DNA of 64,000 bases, from positions 7,259 through 71,258 of the forward strand of contig QIAU01000167.1 of assembly GCA_003225055.1 (NCBI GenBank). Reading direction: 5' to 3'. Each line of letters opens with the position of its first letter. Positions within the stretch are counted from its first letter, which is position 1. Below are positions 1-9,984 of this stretch, piece after piece. A program made the translations under genes and the position numbers. The notes beneath the pieces are model-generated. The model was not told where the DNA came from. It did not search any database and saw only the letters and a list, made by a program, of their open reading frames with translations. Origin of the DNA: Acidobacteriota bacterium (GTDB lineage: Bacteria; Acidobacteriota; Terriglobia; Terriglobales; Acidobacteriaceae).

Positions 1-2115
1 GCCGCGGAGGCTGGTCTTGCCATCGCCAAACACGTCGTAGGCGAAGCCGACGCGTGGCGCGAAATCCGTGTAGTTGCCGGTAACGCCGTCAAACGGCATG
101 CCCGGGTCGCCGGGGAAAAGCAGTCCCTGAGGCGCATTCGGATACTTTTGCGACCTGATCCCCTGATTGAAATTGCCGATCCGGAACTGCTCGGTGCGGC
201 CTTTGATCTCCTTCCACGGGCTGTACGGCTCGTACCGCAGGCCGTAGTTGAGCGTCAGCCGCTGCGTCAGGTGGAAGCTGTCGTTGAAATAGAACGACCA
301 AAAGTTGTTGCGATTGTTTTTGTATTCGCCATATCCCTGCTGGAAGCTGTTGAGGTAGCCGAGCAGGAAGCTGGCAATCTGGTTGTTGGTTGTCGTGGCG
401 TTGAATGTGAACGAGCCCTGCGCCTGGAACTGGTCGCCAAGATCGACGGACGAGTGGCCGTAGCTGAAGCCAATATCCAGGTTGTGCCGGCCGATGACCC
501 AGCTCACGTTGTTTTCTAAGCCGGTGTTGCGGTTGTTGAACGGTCCCTTGGCCCCGCCAGTAATCGAGAACGCGCCGCTGACGTTGATGCTCTGGATCCA
601 CGGAGCGGTGGGTAACCACAAGCCCTTGACTCCGAAACTGGCGACGTTGGGTGAATCGGCGGCAAAGGTCTTGGACGTCGGGACGTCGGAAAGCGTGAAG
701 CTTGCCTGGTTGAGGAGATTCGCGCGGAAGGTGTGCGTCTCCTGGACCATGACATTGTTCACCGGCTGGTCATATCCGGCGCCGTACCCCAGTAGGTTGC
801 CGGCAGGGTTTTGCGGCGTGAGGAAGACGTGATCGCGATAGTACCGCCCGGTCAGGTTGTCCTTGCTGCTGAGCCGGTGGTCCACGCGAACGATGTATTC
901 ATCGATGCTCTGCTTGACCGGGTTGGTGAAGAAGACCTGGCCGGTGCCGGTGGCGTGTGGCAGGTAATTTGTCGCGAGTTTCAAGGCTGCGGGATCAAGC
1001 CGGCCGCTCGGAATGAGGTTCCCCGGGAACGGTTTGCCGGTGGCGGGGTCGACGATCTGTTCGGCCTTGCCGAACGGATTGTTCGGGTTGACCGTCAGCA
1101 ACGCGGAAAAATCGCCGCCCAGTTCGGCGTCGGTGGGAACGAATGCATTGCCCGTACTTGCGTCGCGGTAACGCTCGCCCTGGTAGCCAAAGAAGAAGAA
1201 GGTGCGATCGTGGCCGTTGTAGATGTGAGGAATCGTGATCGGGCCGCCCATGGTCCCGCCAAACTGGTTGCGTTTGATCTTATCTCGCTTCGACGAGAAG
1301 TAATTGCGCGCGTTGAAGACAGCGTTGCGATCGAACTCGAACAGGTCGCCGTGGAACTGGTTCGTCCCGCTCCGGGTCACGACGTTGACGATGCCGCCCG
1401 CGTTTTCGCCGTACCGCGCGCTGTAATTGTTCGTCTGCACGCTGAACTCCTGCAGCGCATCGGGAAAGGGGAAAGGAATGTTCACGTTGTAGTACTGGTC
1501 AAGGAAGTTGGCCCCATCCAGCGCGTAGCTAGTCTGGTTGTCGCGCGAGCCGTTCACGTTGACGTTCGTCGATCCCGGCAGCTTGGCCTGTCCGGTCGTG
1601 GTGTTGGTCGCGACGCCGCTCACGCCGGGCATGAGGTTCATGGTCTCGACGGCGTTGCGGCCGTTGAGCGGCAATTCCACCATGCGCTCACGCTCAATGA
1701 CGTCGCTCAAAGTCTGCGTGGTCGCGTTCACGAGCGGAGCGCCCTCGCTGACGACGACGGTCTGAACTGCCGAGCCGACCTGGAGCTTGATGTCGACGGT
1801 CGCAGCCTGGTTCGCCAGCAGGGGCACGCCCTGCTGCACCGCCTTCTGGAATCCCGTAGCTTCGACGGTGAGCGTGTACTGCGTCGGCCGCAGGTTCGGG
1901 ATGATGTACTGCCCGCGCGAATCGGTAAAGACGTCACGCGAAAAGCTCGTCCCTGTTTCCGTGGCCGTAACTTTCGCGCCGGGAACGACGGCACCGGTCG
2001 GATCCGTGACGATGCCACTGAACGTGCCAAAGGCCTGGCCGTGCGCGGGAACAGTGGCGATCAGGAACAAGATTGCCAGCGGAAGCACAGCCGAGATGCT
2101 CTGCCATCGCGTCAT
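1..2115 (-). CDS. TonB-dependent receptor with carboxypeptidase-regulatory-like N-terminal domain, 3' end outside the window
   Basis: The reverse complement from the ATG at 2115 translates to MTRWQSISAVLPLAILFLIATVPAHGQAFGTFSGIVTDPTGAVVPGAKVTA..., a signal peptide followed by a CarbopepD_reg-like start. Downstream beta-barrel motifs (NQFGGTMGGPI) follow and the frame stays open to position 1. The gene is missing from the ORF track because it runs off the window edge. The + ORF 811..2247 is its antisense shadow. Confidence 0.8.
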   Translation of the reverse strand, partial: MTRWQSISAVLPLAILFLIATVPAHGQAFGTFSGIVTDPTGAVVPGAKVTATETGTSFSRDVFTDSRGQYIIPNLRPTQYTLTVEATGFQKAVQQGVPLLANQAATVDIKLQVGSAVQTVVVSEGAPLVNATTQTLSDVIERERMVELPLNGRNAVETMNLMPGVSGVATNTTTGQAKLPGSTNVNVNGSRDNQTSYALDGANFLDQYYNVNIPFPFPDALQEFSVQTNNYSARYGENAGGIVNVVTRSGTNQFHGDLFEFDRNAVFNARNYFSSKRDKIKRNQFGGTMGGPITIPHIYNGHDRTFFFFGYQGERYRDASTGNAFVPTDAELGGDFSALLTVNPNNPFGKAEQIVDPATGKPFPGNLIPSGRLDPAALKLATNYLPHATGTGQVFFTNPVKQSIDEYIVRVDHRLSSKDNLTGRYYRDHVFLTPQNPAGNLLGYGAGYDQPVNNVMVQETHTFRANLLNQASFTLSDVPTSKTFAADSPNVASFGVKGLWLPTAPWIQSINVSGAFSITGGAKGPFNNRNTGLENNVSWVIGRHNLDIGFSYGHSSVDLGDQFQAQGSFTFNATTTNNQIASFLLGYLNSFQQGYGEYKNNRNNFWSFYFNDSFHLTQRLTLNYGLRYEPYSPWKEIKGRTEQFRIGNFNQGIRSQKYPNAPQGLLFPGDPGMPFDGVTGNYTDFAPRVGFAYDVFGDGKTSLRG

Positions 2116-2356
2116 GGCTGCGGCGCAAAAAACTCGGCCGTTGCGCTGCGACGTGTTGCACATCGAGAAACCCGTGATGCACATGCGGAGGCCACGCACC
2201 GTCAGCGTTCGAATTCCGGCATTCCAGTTCGCTCTGTTGCTCATTGACGTCCTCACGAACTGACCTCGCCCCGAAAGCCGCTGCCGGGACGGGATGGCTG
2301 ATCCGACCGGGGCTCGTCAAGTGGGGGGGAATGTTAGCCTCAACTCGCGCCCCTGT

Positions 2357-2392
2357 CAATCGATTGGCATTGATTAATCGATTGGTTAGAAT
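2357..2392. promoter_or_regulatory. Operator-like palindromes CAATCGATTG (2357-2366) and AATCGATT (2376-2383) with a TAGAAT -10-like box (2387-2392) upstream of GH2
   Basis: A perfect 10-bp palindrome and a second 8-bp copy 10 bp apart lie in the divergent TonB-dependent-receptor/GH2 intergenic region. TTGGCA-17-TAGAAT overlaps them. Confidence 0.45.
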
Positions 2393-2398
2393 CCTTGC

Positions 2399-5029
2399 AT
2401 GCTTCGTTCCTTTCACATCCGGATACCGCGTCCAAGAAGGCTGTTAAGCGGTGACAGGCCGAGGCGGTTCCTCCATTGCTGCGCCGCTGTGGCCGTCGTC
2501 GCGCTCACTAGTGTTACGGCTTCGAGTACTACGCCTTCGGCGCAGGCGCGCCAGCGAACCGTACTGCTGCTGGACAAAGGCTGGCAGTTTTATCCCCTGC
2601 CCGATTTCCATTTGTGGCCCGCCGAGCCGCAACTGACCGAGGATCAGATCAAGCAGCTCCACCTCCCGCCCGCCGGGACTGGATGGCGCCCGGTGCAACT
2701 CCCCGACGATTTCGTGGTGAAGGGAACGATCTCGGAAAATCCGAATGCGTCGCTGCTGGCAGGAGGCGCCGAGTGCACGCTCGGCGGACGCCAGTGCGAA
2801 GTTCGGACCGGTGCGGCGTCGGATGGTAAACCGGGCGCGCTGAATCGGCCCGGCAGGTCAGCTTACGGCGGCCATGGCTATCTGCCGCTCTATCCCGCCT
2901 GGTACCAGAAGAAGATTTCGCTTCCGGCGTCGAGCCAGGGACAAAGCATCTGGGTGGAATTCGGAGGCGTATATCGCGACGCGGTCGTCTTCGTGAACGG
3001 CAAGTTCGTCGAGCAGCACCCGAGCGGGTACACGACATTTCGCGTGAACATCACTCCCGCGGTGCGGTTCGGCGAGGAGAACACTCTGTCCGTGTTTGCC
3101 GATCCGCGCTGGTTCGAGGGCTGGTGGTACGAGGGCGGCGGGATCTATCGCCACGTGCGGCTGATCGTCACCGATCCGCTCCAGGTGGCGCCGTGGGGCA
3201 CATTCGTTTCCGCCGATGTCGCCGGCGAGATCAGGCATGACGCGTCCGGCGGAGATCGCGCCGCCGCCGATCTGAAAATCGAGACCACAATTCGCAACGA
3301 TGCGCCGGGCGGCAGCAATTTCACACTGATCTCCGAAGTGCTGGATGGCGCCGGCAAAGTAATCGCGTCGGCTTCGGACGCCGAACAGGTGGGCGGGCGT
3401 CACGAAGAAAATTTCACGCAATCGCTCAGGCTGCGTGACGCGATTCTCTGGTCACTCGATCATCCGAATCTTTACTGCTTGCGCACCACGATCCGGCAAG
3501 GGAATAAAACCGTTGATCAGACGCTGACGTCATTCGGCGTTCGCAACCTGCGCTTCGATTCGGAGCATGGCTTCTTCCTCAACGATCGGCACGTCGAGAT
3601 CTACGGCGTCGCCAGCCACCAGGATTTTCCCGGTGTCGGCATCGCCCCGCCCGACGACCTTTGGGCATGGCGCATTCAGAAGCTGAAAGCGATGGGCGCG
3701 AACGCGTATCGCGCTGCGCACAACCCGCTCGGCGACGAGTTCTACGACGCCGCCGACCGCATGGGCATGCTCGTCATGGATGAGACTCGGCATCTTGGCG
3801 ACACCTACGCGCCGAAGGCTATGGAGGACACTCCCTACTCCGATCTCTCCGACCTGAAGGCGATGGTTCTTCAGCATCGCAACCATCCGTCGGTAATCAT
3901 GTGGTCGCTAGCGAATGAAGAAGGCCAGCAACGGACCGCCTACGGTGCGAAGATGTTTACCGCGATGAAGGACGCGGTCAGGCAGTTCGATCCGACGCGG
4001 CCCACCACATCGGCGATGAATGAAGGTTTCAGCAAGGAGGGATTCACTTCCGTCGAAGACCTCCTTGGCATGAACTACCACAACGCCGAGTTTCCCAAGG
4101 TGCACGAAGACTTCCCGAAGCTGATGATCTTCGGCAGTGAAGATATTAATGCGAAGACCTCGCGCGGCACACGCGCGGCGTCGCGCGAGACGGGCTTATG
4201 TTCGGCGTTCGGCGACGACGCCCCCGGCGGCCAGCCTTGGAACTCTTGGGTGCCGGTGGCGGAGAACCCGTATGTCGCGGGCGAGTTCATCTGGACGGGA
4301 TTCGATTACCGCGGCGAACCCAATCCTTTCAGTTGGCCTGCGGTGACGAGCCAGGTCGGCGCCATGGATCTTTGCGGCTTTCCCAAGCCGGTCTACCACT
4401 ACTGGGACATGGTCTGGCACCAGAAGCCGTCGGTGTACGTGTTCCCCGACTGGAACTACCCGAAGAGCGACGTCGGAAAAGAGGTTCGCGTCCGCATTGT
4501 TTCGAACACGGAAGAAGTCGAGCTATTGCTTAACGGCAAGAGCCTCGGGTTGAAGCAGGTGCCGCGGGAGAACTTTCTTGATTGGAAAGTGGCGTACGCT
4601 CCCGGGACGCTCACCGCCGTGGGAAGATCTGGCGGACGCGAAGCGGCGCGATATTCGGTGGAGACCACGGGCGCGCCCGCCGCGCTGCGGCTGACCGCCG
4701 AGATTCAGCATCCGGCCGCCGACGGCGAGGAGATCACTCCCGTTCGCGTGGAAGTCGTCGACGCGAAGGGGCGCGTGGTTCCCGACGCCGACAACCTGGT
4801 CCGGTTCACGGTTTCGGGCGCGGGAACGCTGGCGGGCGTCGGCAACGGCGACCCCGCGAGCCACGAAAACAATGTTGCAGATCAGCGCAGCGCGTTCCGC
4901 GGGCTCTGCATGGTGCTGGTGCGCGCGAGCGAGCATCCCGGTGCCATCACCGTCCAAGCACAGGCCGCAGGTCTACCGCCGGCACGCCTTGTGATCAGAA
5001 CTGTTGCTGCCGGATTACAGAATCGCTGA
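2399..5029 (+). CDS. Glycoside hydrolase family 2 (beta-galactosidase/beta-glucuronidase-like), Tat-type signal peptide
   Basis: 876 aa. DKGWQF sugar-binding start, GH2 TIM-barrel motifs (NAYRAAHNP, MWSLANEEG, HVEIYGVASHQDFPGVG), and an N-terminal PRRFLHCCAAVAVVALTSV twin-arginine-like signal. Confidence 0.85.
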   Translation: MLRSFHIRIPRPRRLLSGDRPRRFLHCCAAVAVVALTSVTASSTTPSAQARQRTVLLLDKGWQFYPLPDFHLWPAEPQLTEDQIKQLHLPPAGTGWRPVQLPDDFVVKGTISENPNASLLAGGAECTLGGRQCEVRTGAASDGKPGALNRPGRSAYGGHGYLPLYPAWYQKKISLPASSQGQSIWVEFGGVYRDAVVFVNGKFVEQHPSGYTTFRVNITPAVRFGEENTLSVFADPRWFEGWWYEGGGIYRHVRLIVTDPLQVAPWGTFVSADVAGEIRHDASGGDRAAADLKIETTIRNDAPGGSNFTLISEVLDGAGKVIASASDAEQVGGRHEENFTQSLRLRDAILWSLDHPNLYCLRTTIRQGNKTVDQTLTSFGVRNLRFDSEHGFFLNDRHVEIYGVASHQDFPGVGIAPPDDLWAWRIQKLKAMGANAYRAAHNPLGDEFYDAADRMGMLVMDETRHLGDTYAPKAMEDTPYSDLSDLKAMVLQHRNHPSVIMWSLANEEGQQRTAYGAKMFTAMKDAVRQFDPTRPTTSAMNEGFSKEGFTSVEDLLGMNYHNAEFPKVHEDFPKLMIFGSEDINAKTSRGTRAASRETGLCSAFGDDAPGGQPWNSWVPVAENPYVAGEFIWTGFDYRGEPNPFSWPAVTSQVGAMDLCGFPKPVYHYWDMVWHQKPSVYVFPDWNYPKSDVGKEVRVRIVSNTEEVELLLNGKSLGLKQVPRENFLDWKVAYAPGTLTAVGRSGGREAARYSVETTGAPAALRLTAEIQHPAADGEEITPVRVEVVDAKGRVVPDADNLVRFTVSGAGTLAGVGNGDPASHENNVADQRSAFRGLCMVLVRASEHPGAITVQAQAAGLPPARLVIRTVAAGLQNR

Positions 5030-5054
5030 ATACCGAGAACCCGTGCGGTAATGA

Positions 5055-5089
5055 TTGACACGCGCAAGATGATCGATGATAATCGATTG
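5055..5089 (+). promoter_or_regulatory. Sigma70-like promoter TTGACA(5055-5060)-17-GATAAT(5078-5083) overlapping an AATCGATTG operator motif (5081-5089)
   Basis: Near-consensus -35/-10 with a 17-nt spacer about 90 bp upstream of the PFK-like gene. The same palindromic core as at 2357 and 14890 overlaps the -10. Confidence 0.45.
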
Positions 5090-5175
5090 CCTCGTGGACT
5101 GATCTATCTCTCGTCAGGACAGCCCAAATTGGTTCTCACCAACCGGCTATTGGCGATACAAGCGTCGGGGGATAC

Positions 5176-6372
5176 ATGGGCGCGCACAATCTGCTCATTT
5201 TGCAAGGTGGCGGCCCTACTCCCGTCGTGAACGCCACATTGTCCAGCGCCCTCAGCGAAGCCTATGCGCGAGGCAAGCGAAAGGTCTTCGCCGCTCGCCA
5301 TGCGATGGAAGGGCTGATTGGCGGTCACCTGGTGGATCTCTCCGATGTTTCGCCGGACCAGCTCAAGCGGTTGTCGCGGACGCCGGGCGCGGCGCTGGGC
5401 TCGTCTCGCGTGAAACCGACGCAGCAGGAACTCCGATCGATTGTCGATTTGCTGCGCAAGCTTGACGTTCACGAGGCCCTTTTTATCGGCGGCAATGGGA
5501 CGATGCGCGCGGCACACGCCTTCAGCGACTTCTGCCGCAGCGAGCGATACGAGCTCCGGGCCATCGGTGCCCCTAAGACCATCGACAACGACATCCAGGG
5601 GACAGACCGCTGTCCCGGGTACGGCAGCGCGGCGCGGTACGTGGCGCAATCGACGCGCGACCTGGGTATGGATGTCCGCGCCCTACCGCAGCCCGTGTCG
5701 ATTCTCGAGACTATGGGCAGGAGTGTTGGGTGGCTTGCCGCGGCTTCCGCGATCGCGAAGCGCGATGAGCAGGACGCGCCTCATCTCATCTGTCTGCCGG
5801 AGATTCCGTTCCTCGTCGAGAAGTTCCTAGCCGATCTCGACCGCATCCTAAAGAAACAAAATTGGGCAATCGTCGTCGTCTGCGAAGGAATTCGCGACAA
5901 GCGTGGCAATCCCGTTTACGAGACGCCGGACCTTTCGCAGGCGGACGCGCTGAAGCGTCCGATGCCCGGCGGTGTGGCGCGACACCTGGCGAAAATCGTC
6001 TCGCGCGAGTTGAAGGTTCGCTGCCGCGATGAGAAGCCAGGCCTGATCGGCCGCGCCTCGATGTTGCACGCGTCGAAGCAGGACCTCGCCGACGCGGAGT
6101 TCGTGGGAGCGGCCGCGGTGCGCGCGCTCGACGAGGGACACACCGACCGGATGATCTCGCTTTCGCCGCTGAAGAGGGCAGGCGAGCCGGCAGCAACGCT
6201 GGTGCCGTTGGCGGCGGTCACCGGATCGGACCGGCTCGTCCCGCAGGATTGGCTCTGCGACGGAGATGTGCCGCTCAATCACAAGTTCCTTGAATATGCC
6301 CAACCTTTGATCGGCGACCTGCTCGAATACGAGTTCGCCGTCGGCAGTGTGGAGCGATATGCAAACGCGTGA
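5176..6372 (+). CDS. Phosphofructokinase-family sugar-phosphate kinase (PPi-type signature)
   Basis: 398 aa. GGGPTPVVNA N-terminus and IGGNGTM (the GGDGS position). APKTIDNDI contains the catalytic Asp motif with Lys at the position that separates PPi-PFK from ATP-PFK. Confidence 0.8.
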   Translation: MGAHNLLILQGGGPTPVVNATLSSALSEAYARGKRKVFAARHAMEGLIGGHLVDLSDVSPDQLKRLSRTPGAALGSSRVKPTQQELRSIVDLLRKLDVHEALFIGGNGTMRAAHAFSDFCRSERYELRAIGAPKTIDNDIQGTDRCPGYGSAARYVAQSTRDLGMDVRALPQPVSILETMGRSVGWLAAASAIAKRDEQDAPHLICLPEIPFLVEKFLADLDRILKKQNWAIVVVCEGIRDKRGNPVYETPDLSQADALKRPMPGGVARHLAKIVSRELKVRCRDEKPGLIGRASMLHASKQDLADAEFVGAAAVRALDEGHTDRMISLSPLKRAGEPAATLVPLAAVTGSDRLVPQDWLCDGDVPLNHKFLEYAQPLIGDLLEYEFAVGSVERYANA

Positions 6373-7753
6373 ATTCCAGAAGAGTGAGTTGAGTCAGGGT
6401 GACGCGAGCAAGACATCGTCTCCCGTCGGTGTGCTGATCCTCGGACGCAAGCGGCCCGGGTTCGACCAGGATTGGAACCGCACCATTTGCGGGCGGACGG
6501 TGGCGACGATCGAGCAGATGGGCTTCCGCTGCATCGGCGCGGACAGGCCCGTAGTCGACGATGCGACGCTTGCCGTTGCGCTCAAGGAGATCGGGTCTCG
6601 CGCTTGCGATGTCCTCGTCATGCTGCAGCCGTCGATGGGCAACGGCCAACTGTCGCTCACGCTCGCGCAGCAATGGCCGGGCCCGATCGTGCTCTGGGCG
6701 ACGCCGGAACGCCCGGGCGACGGCAAAGTCAGTTCGTGTTCGCTCGTCGGCCAGCACCTGTGGGCGTCGAACCTTCGGCAGGCGCGTCACCCGTTCGAAC
6801 TCGTATACGGTGATCCCGACAGCGACTCGGTCCGCGGCGACCTGGCGCGCGCCATCCGCCTGGCGCGCACGACGTCGAAGTTGCAGCAGGCAAAGATTGG
6901 CATGATCGGCGGCCACGCGCCGGGTTACATGGATTTCGCGGCGGATCCCTTCTTGCTGCGGCAATCCATCGGCATCCAGCTTCATGCGCTTTCGCTTCTG
7001 CAATTTGTCGATCGCGCCAGGGCGATCGAGGAGCAGCGCCTCAACGGCGACGTCCGCGAAGTGAAGAAGATGGGCCTGCCGCTGCTCGACATCGAGGAAC
7101 CAGATCTCGCGATCCAGTCCCGCTCCTATCTCGCGATGCGCGATCTCATGCAGGAAGAAAGCCTGCAGGCGCTCTCCATTCAGTGCTGGCCCGAGCTGCC
7201 GGAAGTTCTGCAGTGGCCTTACCTGGCGATCTCGCGCCTGACGACCGAGGGCCGCGCGGTTTCGATGGAAGGCGATGTCGACGGCGCAATCGCCGAGTGG
7301 ATGGGTATCTCGCTCGATCTCGGCCCGGGCTTCCTGACCGACTGGCTGGAGCACGACGATTCGTCGATCTTCCTCTGGCATCCGGGTATGGCGCCGCTGA
7401 GCATGTGTTATGCCGCCGGCGAGACGAACGGCCCGGTGCTCGCGCGCCACTTCAATATCACCAGGCCGCTCGTCGTGGACGCGCCGCTGCAGACCGACCA
7501 GGCCGCGACAGTCATGCGTTTGTGGCATTGCGATGGCCAGTACTTCATGACGGCGGTCGAAGGACAGGCGGTGCGTCCGCGCCGGAAGCTGACCGGCAAC
7601 ACCGTGCTCTTCGAAACCGAAAAGAATGTGCCCGAATATTTCGACACGCTGATTCACGGCGGCATGCCGCATCACGTGCTGCTGTTCTACGGGCACTGCG
7701 GTGATACGTTCCGGCGCCTCGCGCGGATGCTGCGCATTGCCTGGGTGGCATGA
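6347..7753 (+). CDS. Putative sugar isomerase, L-arabinose/L-fucose isomerase superfamily-like (uncertain)
   Basis: 468 aa with high-GC3 coding signal. N-terminal VGVLILGRKRPGFDQDW and IGMIGGHAPGYMDF resemble AraA/FucI-like folds. It overlaps the PFK stop by 26 nt and the GntR start through ATGA at 7750-7753. Confidence 0.45.
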   Translation: MWSDMQTREFQKSELSQGDASKTSSPVGVLILGRKRPGFDQDWNRTICGRTVATIEQMGFRCIGADRPVVDDATLAVALKEIGSRACDVLVMLQPSMGNGQLSLTLAQQWPGPIVLWATPERPGDGKVSSCSLVGQHLWASNLRQARHPFELVYGDPDSDSVRGDLARAIRLARTTSKLQQAKIGMIGGHAPGYMDFAADPFLLRQSIGIQLHALSLLQFVDRARAIEEQRLNGDVREVKKMGLPLLDIEEPDLAIQSRSYLAMRDLMQEESLQALSIQCWPELPEVLQWPYLAISRLTTEGRAVSMEGDVDGAIAEWMGISLDLGPGFLTDWLEHDDSSIFLWHPGMAPLSMCYAAGETNGPVLARHFNITRPLVVDAPLQTDQAATVMRLWHCDGQYFMTAVEGQAVRPRRKLTGNTVLFETEKNVPEYFDTLIHGGMPHHVLLFYGHCGDTFRRLARMLRIAWVA

Positions 7754-8430
7754 ACGGTCGAACAAGAGTTGGAGTTCGTTGGGAACCCCGAATTGCCAGG
7801 CATCACGTAAGGGAAGAAATTCAGCGGCGGATTCTCTCCGGCGAGCGCAAGGCCGGCGACCGGCTGAGCCAGCAAAGTCTCGCCAAGGAGCTTGGGGTCG
7901 CGCAGGGCACCGTGCGCGAATCCTTGCTCGAGCTGCATTGGCTCGGGCTGGTTGATTCCATTGACCGGCTCGGCGTCTTCGTCGAAAAGCTGGACGCGCC
8001 ACGCATTTGCGAGGCGTACCAGGTGCGGGAAGTACTCGAAGGTCTCGCCTCGCGCCTGGCTTGCGATCACGTCGGGCGCGCAGACATCTCCGACCTGCGC
8101 CAGATGGCCGACGACGTCTTGAAATTTGCGAAGCAGAAGGACGTGCAGCAGATGGGCGCCACCGACCACGCGTTTCATCTCCGGATCATCAGCCTCTCGC
8201 GAAACAAGATCCTGATCCGTCTCGCGGAGACGTACCGCATTCTCGGCATGGCCGTGTGGGCCGCGCGCGAGTCGAAAATCGTGCACGCCGAGCACGTGCG
8301 CATCGTCGACGCGATCGAGAGCAACCAGGCGGACGAAGCCGAGAGGCTGGCCCGCCAGCACGTGCGCGACGCGCGGCGTGCCATCGAGAAACAGGTCGAG
8401 GACGGCTCCTTCGTTCCCAACTGGGTTTAA
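7750..8430 (+). CDS. GntR-family transcriptional regulator (FadR/FCD subfamily)
   Basis: 226 aa. Winged HTH LSQQSLAKELGVAQGTVRESLLELHWLGLV followed by an all-helical FCD-like C-terminal domain. Start overlaps the upstream stop (ATGA). Confidence 0.85.
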   Translation: MNGRTRVGVRWEPRIARHHVREEIQRRILSGERKAGDRLSQQSLAKELGVAQGTVRESLLELHWLGLVDSIDRLGVFVEKLDAPRICEAYQVREVLEGLASRLACDHVGRADISDLRQMADDVLKFAKQKDVQQMGATDHAFHLRIISLSRNKILIRLAETYRILGMAVWAARESKIVHAEHVRIVDAIESNQADEAERLARQHVRDARRAIEKQVEDGSFVPNWV

Positions 8431-8466
8431 CAACGCGTCTCATGACGCGGGGTCATTGGCATTTCT

Positions 8467-9909
8467 ATGGCGGATGTTGCAACCCTGTCGGGCAGGGCTT
8501 ATATCAACGGCCAGTGGGTCCACACCGACGACGAAATCGAGGTCGTGAATCCCGCCACCGGAGAGGTGTTTGCCCGCGTCTGCGCGCTCACGCGGAACCA
8601 CGTCGAGCAAGCGCTGCGCGCCGCGCACGACGCATCTCCGACGTGGCGCTCGATGACGGCGCGCGACCGCGGCACGCTGCTGCATCGCGTCGCCGATGAA
8701 CTCGCACGCCGTAAACTCGACATCGCCCGCACGATCACGCTCGAAAACGGCAAGCCGCTCGCGCAAAGCGAAGGCGAAGTCGCGATGGGGGAGGACCACC
8801 TGCGGTGGTTCGCCGAAGAAGGCCGTCGCGCGTACGGCAGGACCGTTCCACAGCAGTCGGCAAGCAAGCGGCACCTCATCATCAAGACTCCCATCGGCCC
8901 GGTCGGCGCCATCGCACCGTGGAACTTTCCGCTGCTATTGTCGATTCGCAAGGTTGCGCCCGCGATGGCGGCGGGCTGTCCCGTTGTTCTGAAGCCGGCG
9001 AAGAAGACGCCGCTCTCTGCTGTCGCGCTGGCCGAGTGCATGGAAGCAGCCGGTGTGCCCGCGGGCGTGTTCCAGTTGGTGATCGGTGACGCGTCGATGA
9101 TCGCCGACGAGTTCCTATCGAACTCACTCTGCCGCAAAGTTACATTCACTGGCTCGACGGAAGTCGGCCGGCTGCTGATCCGCAAAGCCGCGGAGACGAT
9201 CAAGCCACTGTCTCTCGAGCTCGGCGGGCATGCGCCCGTTCTGATCTTCGACGATTGCGATCTCGACGCCGCGCTGCGCGAGACCGTCATCGCGAAGTTC
9301 CGCAACACGGGCCAGTCCTGCATCGCTGCCAACCGCGTATACGTGCAAAAAAGTATTTACGCGGAGTTCATGGACAAGTTCACTACGGCGGTTCGCAAAC
9401 TTAAAGTTGGCAATGGACTGGAGCCCGGCATCGAGGTCGGCCCGCTGATCGGCAAAGAAGCGCTCGACTCGGCGTTGCGCCAGGTTGAAGACGCTGTGAG
9501 CCAGGGCGGCACCATCCGCTGCGGCGGACACAAGGTCAGCGGCTTGAAGGGATATTTCCTCGAGCCCACGGTCATCGATAGCATGCGCGGCGAAGCGCTG
9601 TGCATGCGCGAGGAGACGTTCGCTCCCATGGCTCCCGTCGTGAGCTTCGGGACCGAAGCCGAAGGCATCGAGCGGGCGAACGCGTCATGTTACGGGCTGA
9701 GCGCCTACGTGATGTCGCGCGACGTCGGCCGTATCCTGCGCTGCGCCGAACAGCTCGAGGCCGGGACGATCGGCGTCAACGACGGCGCGCCTTCGACGAG
9801 CCAGTGTCCGTTCGGAGGCATCAAACAGAGCGGGTGGGGCCGCGAGTTGGGTAGCGAAGGCATGGACGCGTTTCTCGAAACGAAGCACGTCTCCATCGCC
9901 GGCGTGTAA
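8467..9909 (+). CDS. NAD(P)-dependent aldehyde dehydrogenase (succinate-semialdehyde / 2,5-dioxovalerate dehydrogenase-like)
   Basis: 480 aa. ALDH motifs ELGGHAPVLIF and the catalytic Cys in FRNTGQSCIAANRVYV. Confidence 0.9.
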   Translation: MADVATLSGRAYINGQWVHTDDEIEVVNPATGEVFARVCALTRNHVEQALRAAHDASPTWRSMTARDRGTLLHRVADELARRKLDIARTITLENGKPLAQSEGEVAMGEDHLRWFAEEGRRAYGRTVPQQSASKRHLIIKTPIGPVGAIAPWNFPLLLSIRKVAPAMAAGCPVVLKPAKKTPLSAVALAECMEAAGVPAGVFQLVIGDASMIADEFLSNSLCRKVTFTGSTEVGRLLIRKAAETIKPLSLELGGHAPVLIFDDCDLDAALRETVIAKFRNTGQSCIAANRVYVQKSIYAEFMDKFTTAVRKLKVGNGLEPGIEVGPLIGKEALDSALRQVEDAVSQGGTIRCGGHKVSGLKGYFLEPTVIDSMRGEALCMREETFAPMAPVVSFGTEAEGIERANASCYGLSAYVMSRDVGRILRCAEQLEAGTIGVNDGAPSTSQCPFGGIKQSGWGRELGSEGMDAFLETKHVSIAGV

Positions 9910-9984
9910 CCGGTGCGCGTGCGTCGACTGGTTTGGGGGTTGAAGAGGTAGTGCACACGCACAAGAGAGGCCACGGAAGGCAGC

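Noticed and set aside
811-2247. Long + strand ORF (478 aa) overlapping the first TonB-dependent receptor
   Set aside because: Arg/Ala-rich low-complexity translation with no domain-like segments. It is the antisense shadow of the minus-strand receptor gene in high-GC DNA.
6275-8002. 575-aa minus-strand ORF across the isomerase and GntR genes
   Set aside because: Extremely Arg/Ala/Pro-rich with no motifs. It is antisense to two well-supported + strand genes.
8007-8874. Several overlapping ORFs (230 aa +, 144 aa -) around the GntR/ALDH junction
   Set aside because: Out-of-frame or antisense to confidently assigned genes. Composition typical of GC-rich non-coding frames.
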